Positions 44,535 through 54,300 of a stretch of 64,000 bases of DNA are shown here, piece by piece. The position numbers and the translations under genes are program-made. Location of the stretch: IMG/VR virus record IMGVR_UViG_3300046660_000716, positions 195,339 to 259,338 of that record; one strand, written 5' to 3'. The notes beneath the pieces were generated by a model. That model searched no databases, was not told where the DNA came from, and was given only the letters and a program-made list of their open reading frames with translations. Each line of letters opens with the position of its first letter. Within the stretch, counting starts at the first letter, position 1.

Positions 44535-44909
44535 ATGAGCACACGAGCACGCATGGAGAAGCTCCAGGTACTGCTGGACGCCGCGCAGGACATGAAGGAA
44601 AACGGCTGGGCCGGCACCCCGACCGACATCGCGCTCTCGAAGGCGGCCAACGATGTCAAAGAAGAATTCGCGGCCGAGCTGGCTGGCGATGCTATCCTGA
44701 TCAGCTGGGGTACCGAAGACCTGACCGACGAAATCGCGCCGGGCGTCGAGTCCCTGTCCGAGGTCGAGAAGCGCGCGATCCTGGCGACGGCCGAGCGCCG
44801 CCACGACGCGAACGTCGGCATCAACCACGAGGTGCTGGGGGAGCACGCCTCCGAGCACCTGCACGACCTGAACACGGCGGCCGTCGAGGCCGGCGAGATC
44901 CCGGAGTAG
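44535..44909 (+). CDS. Hypothetical acidic protein
   Basis: AAGGAG RBS, 124 aa. Confidence 0.7.
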   Translation: MSTRARMEKLQVLLDAAQDMKENGWAGTPTDIALSKAANDVKEEFAAELAGDAILISWGTEDLTDEIAPGVESLSEVEKRAILATAERRHDANVGINHEVLGEHASEHLHDLNTAAVEAGEIPE

Positions 44910-44913
44910 CGCC

Positions 44914-45486
44914 GTGACCGTACACATAATTGCGGTCGGCATTGATCCGGACGACTCGAACTGGGACGACTACGAGGTGGTGGACAAGTTCCTCTCCGAC
45001 AACGTGGAGCCCGACACCCTGGCCCGCCAGGTCGACAGCAGCGAGTTCAACAGCCGCGTCTTCCTGCGGGCGTCGCGCATGAAGCTCGCCGTAAAGTCGC
45101 TGTACGAGCTCATGAGCAGCATCGCAGGGGACGGCAACTGCTTCGCAATCAGCGAGGATCAGGCCGACAAGTTCGACACGTTCAAGGAGGAATTCGTGGA
45201 CGTGATGGAGGGCATAGTCAACGGCAGCGCCGCCCTGCACCGCCACGCCCTCGCGAGCAAGCTGGTCCTGGAGCGCTTCTTCGAAGACTGCGAGATGAGC
45301 TTCGATTCGCTCCTGGCCGACTTGGACCACTACGGCGAGATCCCGAACGGGCTGACGCTCCACGAGCCGTACGCCCGCCACTTCGATGAAAACGCGTACG
45401 ACCTGGCGGCGGCTCTCGTCGCGGCCCACAAGTCGGCAATGGACATGATGCTGGCATACAACGACGCAACCAAGGACTTCGCATGA
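44914..45486 (+). CDS. Hypothetical acidic protein
   Basis: GTG start, 190 aa, coupled to rnhA. Confidence 0.7.
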   Translation: MTVHIIAVGIDPDDSNWDDYEVVDKFLSDNVEPDTLARQVDSSEFNSRVFLRASRMKLAVKSLYELMSSIAGDGNCFAISEDQADKFDTFKEEFVDVMEGIVNGSAALHRHALASKLVLERFFEDCEMSFDSLLADLDHYGEIPNGLTLHEPYARHFDENAYDLAAALVAAHKSAMDMMLAYNDATKDFA

Positions 45487-46133
45487 GAGAGATTCACCTG
45501 TACACCGACGGCGGACTCCGCCCCGTCCAGGGCTGGGCCGCCGGCACCGGCATGGGCGGCGCAGGCTTCATCGCGGTGGAAGCCGAGAACGGCGTGGCGT
45601 CCGACCGCCTGATCGTCAAGGCGGCGCTGCACTACGACGACGTCACCACCAACCAGCGCATGGAGCTGCTGGCGGCAATCGAGGGCATCGCAGCGGTGCG
45701 CGGAGCGCTGCACGGCGACCTCCAGACCACGAAGGTCGTGCTGCACTCCGACTCGGCCTACATGATCAACTGCATCAAGGACGCGTGGTGGTACAACTGG
45801 ATGGTGAAGCAGAACGGCGGCTGGAAGAACAGCAGCAAGCAGCCGGTCGAGAACTCCGACCTGTGGCGCGCTCTGCTCTCCCGCACGCTCGACGCCTACC
45901 ACACGCTGTCGGGCACCTACGGCCCGCGCACCCCGTGGCTCAAGCTGGCGAACGCGGACGACCGGGAGGCCGTCCGCCTGTCGTCCGAGCGCGGCATGTT
46001 CGTCCAGTTCGTGAAGGTCAAGGGTCACCGCGGCGTGCCCCTCAACGAAGTCGCAGACCAGCTGGCCACGGCCGGCAAGAATAACCAACCGCTCTGGGAA
46101 GTAGGCCAGGGTTACAAGGATACCAAAGCATGA
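45483..46133 (+). CDS. rnhA: Ribonuclease HI
   Basis: LYTDGG, TTNQRMELLAAI, HSDSAY, WKNSSKQPVENSDLW, KVKGH...NEVADQLA; about 35-aa insertion before the last strand. Confidence 0.92.
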   Translation: MREIHLYTDGGLRPVQGWAAGTGMGGAGFIAVEAENGVASDRLIVKAALHYDDVTTNQRMELLAAIEGIAAVRGALHGDLQTTKVVLHSDSAYMINCIKDAWWYNWMVKQNGGWKNSSKQPVENSDLWRALLSRTLDAYHTLSGTYGPRTPWLKLANADDREAVRLSSERGMFVQFVKVKGHRGVPLNEVADQLATAGKNNQPLWEVGQGYKDTKA

Positions 46134-46633
46134 TGCAGATCGAAACTCCCCCGACCCCTCCAGTCAACATGATCGAGCGCCTGCTCGTCACCGCCGACGG
46201 TCACATGCGCGTGGAAGAAGGCGCTGGCCTGGGCGCACTGACGGTGCTGAACGACCCGTCGCAGCACGCCTACACCGTGACCGGCTGGTTCCTGATGCCG
46301 CGCGAGATGTGGGTGAAGGGCCGCGACATCTCGCGCGCCCTGGGCCTCATGCGCAAGGGCAAGGGCGCCCCGATCGTGTCCACCTTCAAGTGGGACATGA
46401 GCTTCGGCGTGACCTGGGTCTTCTTGACCTTCGGCCTGGACGAGGAGTCGGGCAAAAGCTTCAAGCCGATGGGCCACCGCGGCGCCGTCCGCATGGCGAT
46501 CGCCAAGGGCACCGTGGGTGCAGAGCCGGGCAAGGTCCCGCCGGTCCCGACCATGGGTCGCCGCCTGCGCATCATCTCGCCGCTGGTCGGCCAGCTGATC
46601 AACCGCGCGGTCTCGGAGGGCGAGAATGTTTAA
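46130..46633 (+). CDS. Hypothetical protein
   Basis: 167 aa, ATGA-coupled. Confidence 0.7.
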   Translation: MMQIETPPTPPVNMIERLLVTADGHMRVEEGAGLGALTVLNDPSQHAYTVTGWFLMPREMWVKGRDISRALGLMRKGKGAPIVSTFKWDMSFGVTWVFLTFGLDEESGKSFKPMGHRGAVRMAIAKGTVGAEPGKVPPVPTMGRRLRIISPLVGQLINRAVSEGENV

Positions 46634-46943
46634 GGGCATCCGCTACATCGTTCCGCGCATCCCGCAGGTCATGCTGAGCCGCCCGCTGCTCATCCAGCTG
46701 ACGTCCCGGCCTAAGACGTCCGAGGTCCTGGCCATGCAGATCAACCACGCCTCCAAGGGCAACGCCCACTACATCGGCGACGACCTGCTGGGCTTCTGGG
46801 AGGTCGACGGCGCCGAGCTGGACGCAGTGCTGAGGTCCCTGCCGATGGACTGGCACCTCGTGGCCGACCGCCTCGACAGCGTGTGCACGAAGAAGTGGGC
46901 GTTCAAGTCGCTGGCCGAGGGCGGCGGGGCCGTCCTGGCCTAA
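46626..46943 (+). CDS. Hypothetical protein
   Basis: 105 aa, GGAGG RBS. Confidence 0.7.
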   Translation: MFKGIRYIVPRIPQVMLSRPLLIQLTSRPKTSEVLAMQINHASKGNAHYIGDDLLGFWEVDGAELDAVLRSLPMDWHLVADRLDSVCTKKWAFKSLAEGGGAVLA

Positions 46944-46954
46944 TCTGAAACGAA

Positions 46955-46979
46955 GACCATGCCCTCCGCGGGCATGGTC
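46955..46979. repeat. Hairpin GACCATGCCC-TCCGC-GGGCATGGTC
   Basis: Near-identical inverted copy of the 47608 hairpin with a compensatory pair change. Confidence 0.8.
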
Positions 46980-46997
46980 GCAACCAAGGAGCCGACA

Positions 46998-47597
46998 ATG
47001 GCAGAAGAGCAGAAAATTCTGGCGACTTTCACCGTCGTCCAGCATCTCTACGAGGCGGCGAAGGCCCTCCAGGCGGCCGCCGAGCAGTACCCGGCCCTGG
47101 CGGCGCTGCTGGAGACCACCGGTCTGAACGAGGCCGTGCAGAACGCCGACGATGCCATCGAGGAGCGCGAGCAGGTGGCAGAGCACGTGGCCTCCGCCCG
47201 CTCTCTCTACGCCATTCCGAGTGACGATGATGTCGAGATCGACGATGTGCCGATGGTTGCGCCCGATGACGATGGCGTGTGGGTCGCCGGCTGGCTGTGG
47301 GTCGGTAACGAGGGCACGTCGCGCCAGACCGAGCAGGTCCTGAAGAACACCAACCTGCTGTACTACGATGTGGATGCCGCGTACATCCAGTTCGACGACA
47401 TCGCGCCCGAGGGCTACGGCGAGGACGAGGCGCTGGCGCTGGTCATCAAGCTGTCCGAGGGCCGGTTCAAGGTCGGCCAGGTGACGAGCGAGAACGGCCT
47501 CATCTGCCAGGTCTCGATCATGCCTCTGAACGGTCGCCAGTTCAGCATCGAGTCGCTGGAGGAGCTGGATCTGGGCCCCGTCACCGACGAGAGCTAG
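46998..47597 (+). CDS. Hypothetical acidic protein
   Basis: AAGGAG RBS before ATG 46998; 199 aa. Confidence 0.7.
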   Translation: MAEEQKILATFTVVQHLYEAAKALQAAAEQYPALAALLETTGLNEAVQNADDAIEEREQVAEHVASARSLYAIPSDDDVEIDDVPMVAPDDDGVWVAGWLWVGNEGTSRQTEQVLKNTNLLYYDVDAAYIQFDDIAPEGYGEDEALALVIKLSEGRFKVGQVTSENGLICQVSIMPLNGRQFSIESLEELDLGPVTDES

Positions 47598-47607
47598 CAG
47601 TAAAGAC

Positions 47608-47650
47608 GCCCATGCCCGCGGAGGGCATGGGCACTTCGTCTTTTTTTTTT
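47608..47650 (+). terminator. Terminator GCCCATGCCC-GCGGA-GGGCATGGGC followed by a long T run
   Basis: 10-bp perfect stem and T run between convergent operons. Confidence 0.8.
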
Positions 47651-48917
47651 ACAGCTCGCGGCAGTACTTCGACATGTCGATGCGCGTGCGCTTCAGGCTG
47701 GAGTCGTGGAACGCCTTCAGGCTCGCGTTCATCAGGGTTGTCCCGATGCGGCCGGCGATCAGGCCGATGTTGGTCACCCCCATGCGGTGGTGCAGGGTGC
47801 CCGCGCAGCGGCTGCAGATGCCCCCGCTCGTGTCCCCGCAGTACATCGGGGAGCGGAACTGGAGCGTCTTGCCCTTCAGCCCGGCAAGATCGTCAGGCAT
47901 GATCTCGCGCAGCTTCCCGCCCTCCAGGTAGAACCGGAAGAGGTACTCGCGGGGGGAGTCCACCGTCACGCGCAGGTAGCGCGCGCTGCGGCAGTCGCTC
48001 TTCGCGTCCTCGTTGAGGCGCAGGCCCTGGAACGCGGCGTTCAGCTGCTTGGCGATGTAGCCGCCCTGGGCGGTCATCATCGAGCGACCGTAGGACGCCT
48101 GCACGATCAGGTCGGCGTAGGCCGGCATCTCGTCGACCGGAATGCCGTCTTCGAGCGACGCTGTGGAGACGGTGATCTGCGACGGATCGTCCGACTTGCG
48201 CATCGCGCCGCGCATGAGCGCCGTGTTCTTGTAGTTGTTGCCCACGGAGCCGCGCGCGCCGGACGCGAAGATGTCGAAGCCGGGGTCCTTGCCGTCGAGC
48301 TGGCCCTTGGCCGATGCCACGAGCTCCTTCTCCACGGCCCCCAGCTCGCCCAGGTCGCCCTCGCGGAGCCTCTTGCCGCGCTCGCTCGCCAGGATCTCCT
48401 TCTTCAGGCGCTTCGTCACCGGGTCGATGCGGATGGTGTCGATCGTCATGGACGGAGCAATGAAGCTGGTCGGGGCGTAGCCGAGCCACTGCATGTAGTC
48501 GATCAGGTACGCCTGGTCCTCGAACGTGATCTTGCCGGCGAGCCGCATGTCGATGGCGCGCTGCTGGATCTCGCCGACCGTCTTGTCGTCCCACGGCCTG
48601 TCGTAGTAGGGGAACGCCTCGCGCAGCGCCCTGGAGCGCGAGAAGACGAGGTTGTTGGCCACGTAGCGGCCCACGGTCGTGCTGCGGATCGAACCCCAGT
48701 TCGGTGCCCAGCGCACGTCCCACTCGCCCTCGGCGCGCTCGCCCGGCGGCGGCCGGCGGAACTCGTCCGGCACGTCCACGGTGGACTCGTGCGGGTACCG
48801 CGGGGTGGTCTTCTTGGTCGTCGCCAGCCAGTCGCGGAGCAGGTCCAGCGAGTAGGCCGAGGGCGGCGTGCGCAGCAGCTCCATGGTGGCGATGCCGGGA
48901 ATCGTCTGTCGGTCCAT
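47649..48917 (-). CDS. Split multisubunit RNA polymerase, beta-prime C-terminal subunit (probably virion RNAP)
   Basis: SGARGS, bridge helix TAQGGYIAKQLNAAFQ, SDC, Zn ligands ICSRC, trigger loop NIGL..GRIG..LMN..LKAFH; 422 aa from ATG 48917. Confidence 0.88.
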   Translation of the reverse strand: MDRQTIPGIATMELLRTPPSAYSLDLLRDWLATTKKTTPRYPHESTVDVPDEFRRPPPGERAEGEWDVRWAPNWGSIRSTTVGRYVANNLVFSRSRALREAFPYYDRPWDDKTVGEIQQRAIDMRLAGKITFEDQAYLIDYMQWLGYAPTSFIAPSMTIDTIRIDPVTKRLKKEILASERGKRLREGDLGELGAVEKELVASAKGQLDGKDPGFDIFASGARGSVGNNYKNTALMRGAMRKSDDPSQITVSTASLEDGIPVDEMPAYADLIVQASYGRSMMTAQGGYIAKQLNAAFQGLRLNEDAKSDCRSARYLRVTVDSPREYLFRFYLEGGKLREIMPDDLAGLKGKTLQFRSPMYCGDTSGGICSRCAGTLHHRMGVTNIGLIAGRIGTTLMNASLKAFHDSSLKRTRIDMSKYCREL

Positions 48918-50119
48918 CACGCGCTCCCTTCGATGTCGAAGCCAGCGGTGCGCATGGCGTTCATGAGTTCCTCCTGGCCGCTGGCGGCGGATCCGTCGCT
49001 GAGGTAGCGCAGCGTGGCCGTCAGCCATCCGGCGGAGCCCACGTGGCGGCACGTCAGGCTGCCGAAGGTCACGGCCTCGTCCGGGAGGTCGCTGTCGAAC
49101 AGCGCGCCCTTGGCGAGCTCCGGGTTGGCCTGGCCCTCGCCGCCCTCGGGGCGGACCTCGGCCTTGACCCACGCCTCGGCGATCGCGTCGCGCAGCGACC
49201 ACTCGCGGCCGTTCACTCCGTCGTGGTCGCCCTGGGTGATGCGGACGGTCAACGGCGCGCCGTCCTTCCAGCCCCCGGCGCGCAGTGCGTCCATCAGGTG
49301 CCGGAGCATAGGAATCAGCTGGTCCTGGCCGCAGATGCGCGTCTTCCCGGCCAGAGCGCGGTCGCCCACGCCGACGTCCGCCTTTCCGTTCCCGTGGCCG
49401 TGCGAGCCCTTCTCCTGAATTGCGAAGAAGATCTCGGGATCATCGGCGTGCTCCATCATGGTATTCTCTCCCATTGCGAATCCCGATGCGGCGCCGATTG
49501 CGCCCATCGTGGTACCCATCACCGCGCCCATCGCAGCGGCGCCGACCAGGCCGCCGCCGAAGGCGCCGACGCCCGCACCGGCTATTCCGTAACCCACGCC
49601 GAACGCCAGGCCCTTGGTCTTGGCGGCCTTGATGCGCTGCGCCATCGGGATCTTCTTGCGCGGGACTGAGAGCACCACCGGCTTGGGCCTCTGGATCTCG
49701 TAGGGGCTCACGTAATCCTTCAGGTGGTCCTCTTTGAAGCTCTCGAGAAAAGCCTGGTAGGAATCCTTGCAGCTGAGCCACGTGAAGCGAGCCGGCCCGA
49801 AGTAACCGTAGTTCGGCTCGCCGGGCTGCGGGTCGTCGTGGATGAATTCCCACACCTGGCCCGTTTTCTCCGACAGGAACCAGTCGTTGCCGCCGCCATC
49901 GCTGTAGATCATGTGCAGGCGCTGTTCGCGCTCGGTGACGAGCCACTCCGGCTTCAGCCAGTCGCCGAGGCCCCCGGACGCCTCCAATCCGCCGAGGTGC
50001 GGGTTCCGCTTCAGGTACGCGATCGCCTTGTCGGCTGTGGGATACTTCTCCACAAGCGCCCTCGCGCGAGCCTCATCGTTGTGGTAGTACCCGTCTCCGA
50101 AGAGCAGTTCCTTGGACAT
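48917..50119 (-). CDS. SUKH/SMI1-KNR4-like domain + glycine-zipper segment + unknown C-terminal domain
   Basis: IYSDGGGNDWFLSEKTGQVWEFIHDD...KDSYQAFLESF matches the SUKH core; GLAFGVGYGIAGAGVGAFGGGLVGAAAMG hydrophobic zipper; start set at MSKELL. Confidence 0.65.
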   Translation of the reverse strand: MSKELLFGDGYYHNDEARARALVEKYPTADKAIAYLKRNPHLGGLEASGGLGDWLKPEWLVTEREQRLHMIYSDGGGNDWFLSEKTGQVWEFIHDDPQPGEPNYGYFGPARFTWLSCKDSYQAFLESFKEDHLKDYVSPYEIQRPKPVVLSVPRKKIPMAQRIKAAKTKGLAFGVGYGIAGAGVGAFGGGLVGAAAMGAVMGTTMGAIGAASGFAMGENTMMEHADDPEIFFAIQEKGSHGHGNGKADVGVGDRALAGKTRICGQDQLIPMLRHLMDALRAGGWKDGAPLTVRITQGDHDGVNGREWSLRDAIAEAWVKAEVRPEGGEGQANPELAKGALFDSDLPDEAVTFGSLTCRHVGSAGWLTATLRYLSDGSAASGQEELMNAMRTAGFDIEGSA

Positions 50120-50146
50120 TCTGAATCCTTTCAATTACACGGAAGC

Positions 50147-50170
50147 GGGGAAGGGCTCACGCCCTTCCCC
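50147..50170 (-). terminator. Hairpin GGGGAAGGGC-TCAC-GCCCTTCCCC
   Basis: Perfect 10-bp stem between co-oriented genes; similar to the hairpins at 9057 and 26078. Confidence 0.55.
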
Positions 50171-50176
50171 TCTCCT

Positions 50177-50536
50177 TCACAGACCGAGATCGATCTCGGC
50201 CTCGGTCTGGTCGTCTTCCTCGCTGAGCTTGCGCTTCTTGAGGCTAGCATCGGTCGGCTTCTCACTGCCGCCGAAGGCGGTCGACGGAAACGGCGCGCTC
50301 AGCACCTGCGGCTTGGCGCCACCCTGCACGCCGGCCGCCACTGGAGCGATGCCGGAAATGCTGGCGTTCTCGGCCATGGCTTTCATCTGGCGGTCCTCTT
50401 CCCTACAGACCGGGCACCCGAGGACTCCCAGGGCGCCGCACTTGGCCCGCGCGCCGTCCGGCCGGGGCCGGAGGTGGCCGTGCCAGTCCGCCGGATTGTC
50501 AAAGTCGAGGCCAAGGTTGAGACTCTGCGGACCCAT
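50177..50536 (-). CDS. Hypothetical protein with possible Zn-binding motif and C-terminal TE|AEIDLGL tag
   Basis: HGH...KCG...GCPVC; alternative start at 50386. Confidence 0.6.
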   Translation of the reverse strand: MGPQSLNLGLDFDNPADWHGHLRPRPDGARAKCGALGVLGCPVCREEDRQMKAMAENASISGIAPVAAGVQGGAKPQVLSAPFPSTAFGGSEKPTDASLKKRKLSEEDDQTEAEIDLGL

Positions 50537-50545
50537 GGCGGCGCT

Positions 50546-51343
50546 CTACGCGTAGACGTTGTACTGGACTTCCAGCGCCTTGTTCGCCGACAGGTACTCG
50601 GTCGGGAACGTGATGCGGCTGAACATCTCCGGGTTGGCGAACGACACGCCGCCGCGGGCGTCCACGCCGGCCACGCGGCTGAAGTACAGGCAGAGCTCGT
50701 TGATCCAGTTCGACGTGCTGGTGCGGCAGTCGTTCGGGGTCACGCTCATCGTGATCTGCTTGTAGACCTGGTTCTTGGCCTCGTCGAAGAACCAGACGGG
50801 ATCGCGGCTGTCGAAGTGCTTCATGTAGTAGTAGAACTGGGTCGGCTGGCCGACGATGTTCTCCGCGCCGCCGTAGTTGCCGATCTCGCCGCCCGGCACG
50901 TACAGCAGGGGGTCGCCGCTGGCGCTCTTGCTGGTGTCGTGCAGGCGGAACGGCACGCGGTTGGCCAGGGCCACGCCGTTGGCGCCGGTCGGCGGAGGGG
51001 CGTAGGGGGCGAACGGATCGGACGCCGGAGCGCCGCCCTTGCCCACGCCGAACGAGATGATCTGACGGTTCAGGTCGGTGATGTACGGCTGCAGACCGCC
51101 GTTGACGCCGAACGTGTCGATGCCGTCGTTGAACAGCTTCTCCAGCGCGAACACGCGGCCGCGCAGCACGATCAGGTTCTTGCGCTCGCTGAAGACGACG
51201 CGGCCGGTCTCGTCGGTCATCGTGACGATGCCGGCCATGCCGCCGAGGCCGGCCATCTCCTCGCGGTACTCGCGGTTGATGTGCTCGTCGCGCGCCATGT
51301 CCATCGCGTCCGCGAAGTTGATGCGCTTGATGTGGTCGTTCAT
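50546..51343 (-). CDS. Baseplate/tail-fibre-associated structural protein
   Basis: RKNLIVLRGR, ISFGVGKGG, INELCLY, FSRITFP...LEVQYNV pattern typical of myophage baseplate/collar genes. Confidence 0.65.
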   Translation of the reverse strand: MNDHIKRINFADAMDMARDEHINREYREEMAGLGGMAGIVTMTDETGRVVFSERKNLIVLRGRVFALEKLFNDGIDTFGVNGGLQPYITDLNRQIISFGVGKGGAPASDPFAPYAPPPTGANGVALANRVPFRLHDTSKSASGDPLLYVPGGEIGNYGGAENIVGQPTQFYYYMKHFDSRDPVWFFDEAKNQVYKQITMSVTPNDCRTSTSNWINELCLYFSRVAGVDARGGVSFANPEMFSRITFPTEYLSANKALEVQYNVYA

Positions 51344-51351
51344 GGGTATCC

Positions 51352-54300
51352 TTAGTCGATGGTGATTCGGACTCCCTCGCCGAGGCCCTGGGTGCGGGGC
51401 TTCTCGAGGGGTTCCTGGCGGGTGTATGGCGTGACGACGACGGACTCCAGGCCGCTGCTGTCCTCGTCCGAGATCTCTCCGGGGGTGAGGTCCGGGTTCG
51501 TCTCGGGGCTGATGAACGGCAGGAACAGCCCGTCCTCGTCCGGCTCGGTGCCCGTCACCACCACGTCGCCCGCGCGCTGGGCGCGGGTGTGGACTGTGAC
51601 GGCGTCGCGCCTCGCGAAGGACGTGGTGATCGCGAACGCGTCGCGCATCACCGCCGCCGGGTCGTTGACCTCATCCCGAGCCCGGAGCTTGGCGAGGTCC
51701 AGAATCTCGGCAATGTCCTGTTGCTGCAGCCGCGCGAAGATGGCCAGGGCGTCGGACAGCAGGGACTCCGGCGAGCCCTCGTCGTACGACCACCTGGCGA
51801 TCATGGAGTACAGGTCCTTCATCTGGTCCAGCGCGTCGTCCCTGGACCACGTGGCCTTCATGCCCGCCAGCAGGTTCATCAGGCGCACGGTCTCGGTGGC
51901 CGGGCGGTCGATCAGCATGAAGGTGCTGAAGCTGCGCAGGTCGGTCGTGTACGCCTTGAAGAAGAGGATAAGGCGCTGGGCGTACATCATCACGATGTCG
52001 GTCATGCCCATCGCGGCGGGCAGGTTGAGCGTGGCGCTCTCGATCGAGTCCTCGATCAGCAGGATCAGGGACAGGATGCCGTTGACGTAGTCCTCGTCGG
52101 CGTCGATCTGCTTGATCCACGCCGCCAGCTCCGGGTTGAACTCGCCGAGCCACTCGGAGTACGTGTCCAGCTGGCCGAACGCGTCCGTCTGGTAGTCGCT
52201 GACGAACTTGTAGTCCCACATGCGGCGCAGGGCCTCGTTGCGCGGGACGGTGCGGATCTCCTCGCCGCCGCGCAGCGGGTCGTAGTCGCCCACCGCGTCG
52301 GCGAAGTGGCCCGTGCGGTCGATGGACACGTCGATGCGCTGCGCCGTGGCGACGTTGTTGTCGCTGGCGGTCGCCACAGACTGCGGGGTCAGCGGCTCGG
52401 GCAGGGTCGCCACCCGCTCCAGCACCGTGGAGTACGGCAGGAGCGAGGCCTCGTTGGGGAACGCGGAGCCGTCGGTGCGCGCCGCGATGATGCGGGACAC
52501 GCCGGCCTCGCCGTGCGGGATGATGTCGTCCACACCGAAGCGCCACAGGGTCAGCGTCATGGTCGCCACGAACGCCTCGAAGAGGTTCATGGAGATCACG
52601 CCGCTCAGCGAGCTGGCGCCCTGGATCAGCATCGGGCCGGCGCGGCCCCGGATCTGGGCGTCCTTGAGCATGCCCCACAGCACGCCCAGCGACAGGCCGT
52701 TGTACACGGTGTCGACCGCGCTGCTCATCGAGAAGTACTTGGTCTGGAGGACCGAGAACGCCAGCTTGCGCGCGTCCGGCCGGGTGGTCTCCCAGGTCGG
52801 GTCGGCGCTCACGAACTCGTCGTAGTCCGCCAGGAACGAGGTGTCCAGATTGGCCACAGTGGTCTCCGCGGCCGGGTCGTCGATGTCCACCTTCTGGAAG
52901 CCGACCTCCGGCAGGCCGTAGTCGGTGCCGCCGGTGGAGATGTCGCCCTCCTCTACGACCGCGCCGCCCTCGGTCTCCACGATGGAGACCGCCGACACGC
53001 CGCCGGCCCCGCCCTGAGCCCGGTTGAGGATCAGGGTGAGCCCGTCGCTCGAAGCCGTGAACGAGCGGTACGGACCGGCCAGCGCCACCAGCTGCGCGCC
53101 CAGCAGCTCCACCGTGGCGGCGGCCAGCGAGGTCTGGTCCTGCATGTCGACGTGCAGCTCCTCGCCCTCTCCCGCCTGACGCGGGAAGGTCAGGATCTGG
53201 GAGGTGTCGGGGAAGTAGCGCACGAGGTAGTGCTTCCAGATCTTCAGGTCGCGGTCCAGGTTGAACAGGCCCAGGATGTCGCGGAACACCTGGGTTGTGC
53301 CCTTGACGGAGATGATCTTCTGGATGCTCTTGGCCAGGCGGCGGCGGTATACGATCGGGAGGTCGTCGAACTGGTAGATGCCGAAGGAGTACAGGTGGTT
53401 GGTCAGGTCGTACGGGCTCATGCGATCCACGTCGCCGATGCCGTCCATGCGCTCGTCGCTGATGCGGTTGATCGTCATCCACGCGATGAACATGCGGCAG
53501 TAGTCGAAGTAGAGCGGGTCGCCCTCCATGGCCTCGTTGTAGAACGCCGCCTTATAGACGCGCACGCTCTCGGTGTGGGCCGCCACGAACCGGCGGGAGT
53601 CGTCGTAGGTCATGCCGGGCACAGCCTTCCACGCGATGACCTCGAACTGGTTGGCGTTGCGCGAGACGTACGGGCTGATGCCGCTGTCGCGGACGATCGT
53701 CCGGTAGTAGTCGTTGAGCTCCCCGCGGAAGGCCACCTGCACGACGCGCAGGGGGTTCACTGCGGGAACGCCGTTGTCGTCCAGGATGGGGTTCCCGCGG
53801 CCGTCGGAGGCGAAGTACGGCTGGCGCACGTCCTCCCACGGGCCGGGCTCCTCGAAGCTGGCGATGGCGGCGTCCAGCGCGGCCTCCTGCTGCGCGGTCA
53901 TCCCGCCGAGCGCCTTCTGCACCAGGGCCGTGACGTACTCCTGCGGCGCGGCGATGATGTCGCTCAGGCCGTCCGGGTGGGCGAGGCCGTTGGAGGTCTC
54001 GCCGACAAAGTCGCCGGAGCCCGGGCCGAGCGCCGAGGTCGTGCCGGTGGTGCGGTCCAGCCACACCAGGACGGGCAGCAGCGATCGGGCGCCCACGGGG
54101 TCGACCCAGCAGTCTCCCGCCGGCGCCGAGAAGAGGCGCCACGTCGGGTCGGTCGCGGTGCGGGTCTGGCCGGACGCGTTGTTCAGCCAGTTGCCGAGGA
54201 CGGACTTCTCCCACAGCGACACGGACGTGTCGACTGCCATCTGCGCCGCCGGGCTCCCGGTGGGGCGGTGGACCCACGTCGCGCCCCGCAGGGTCTCGAC

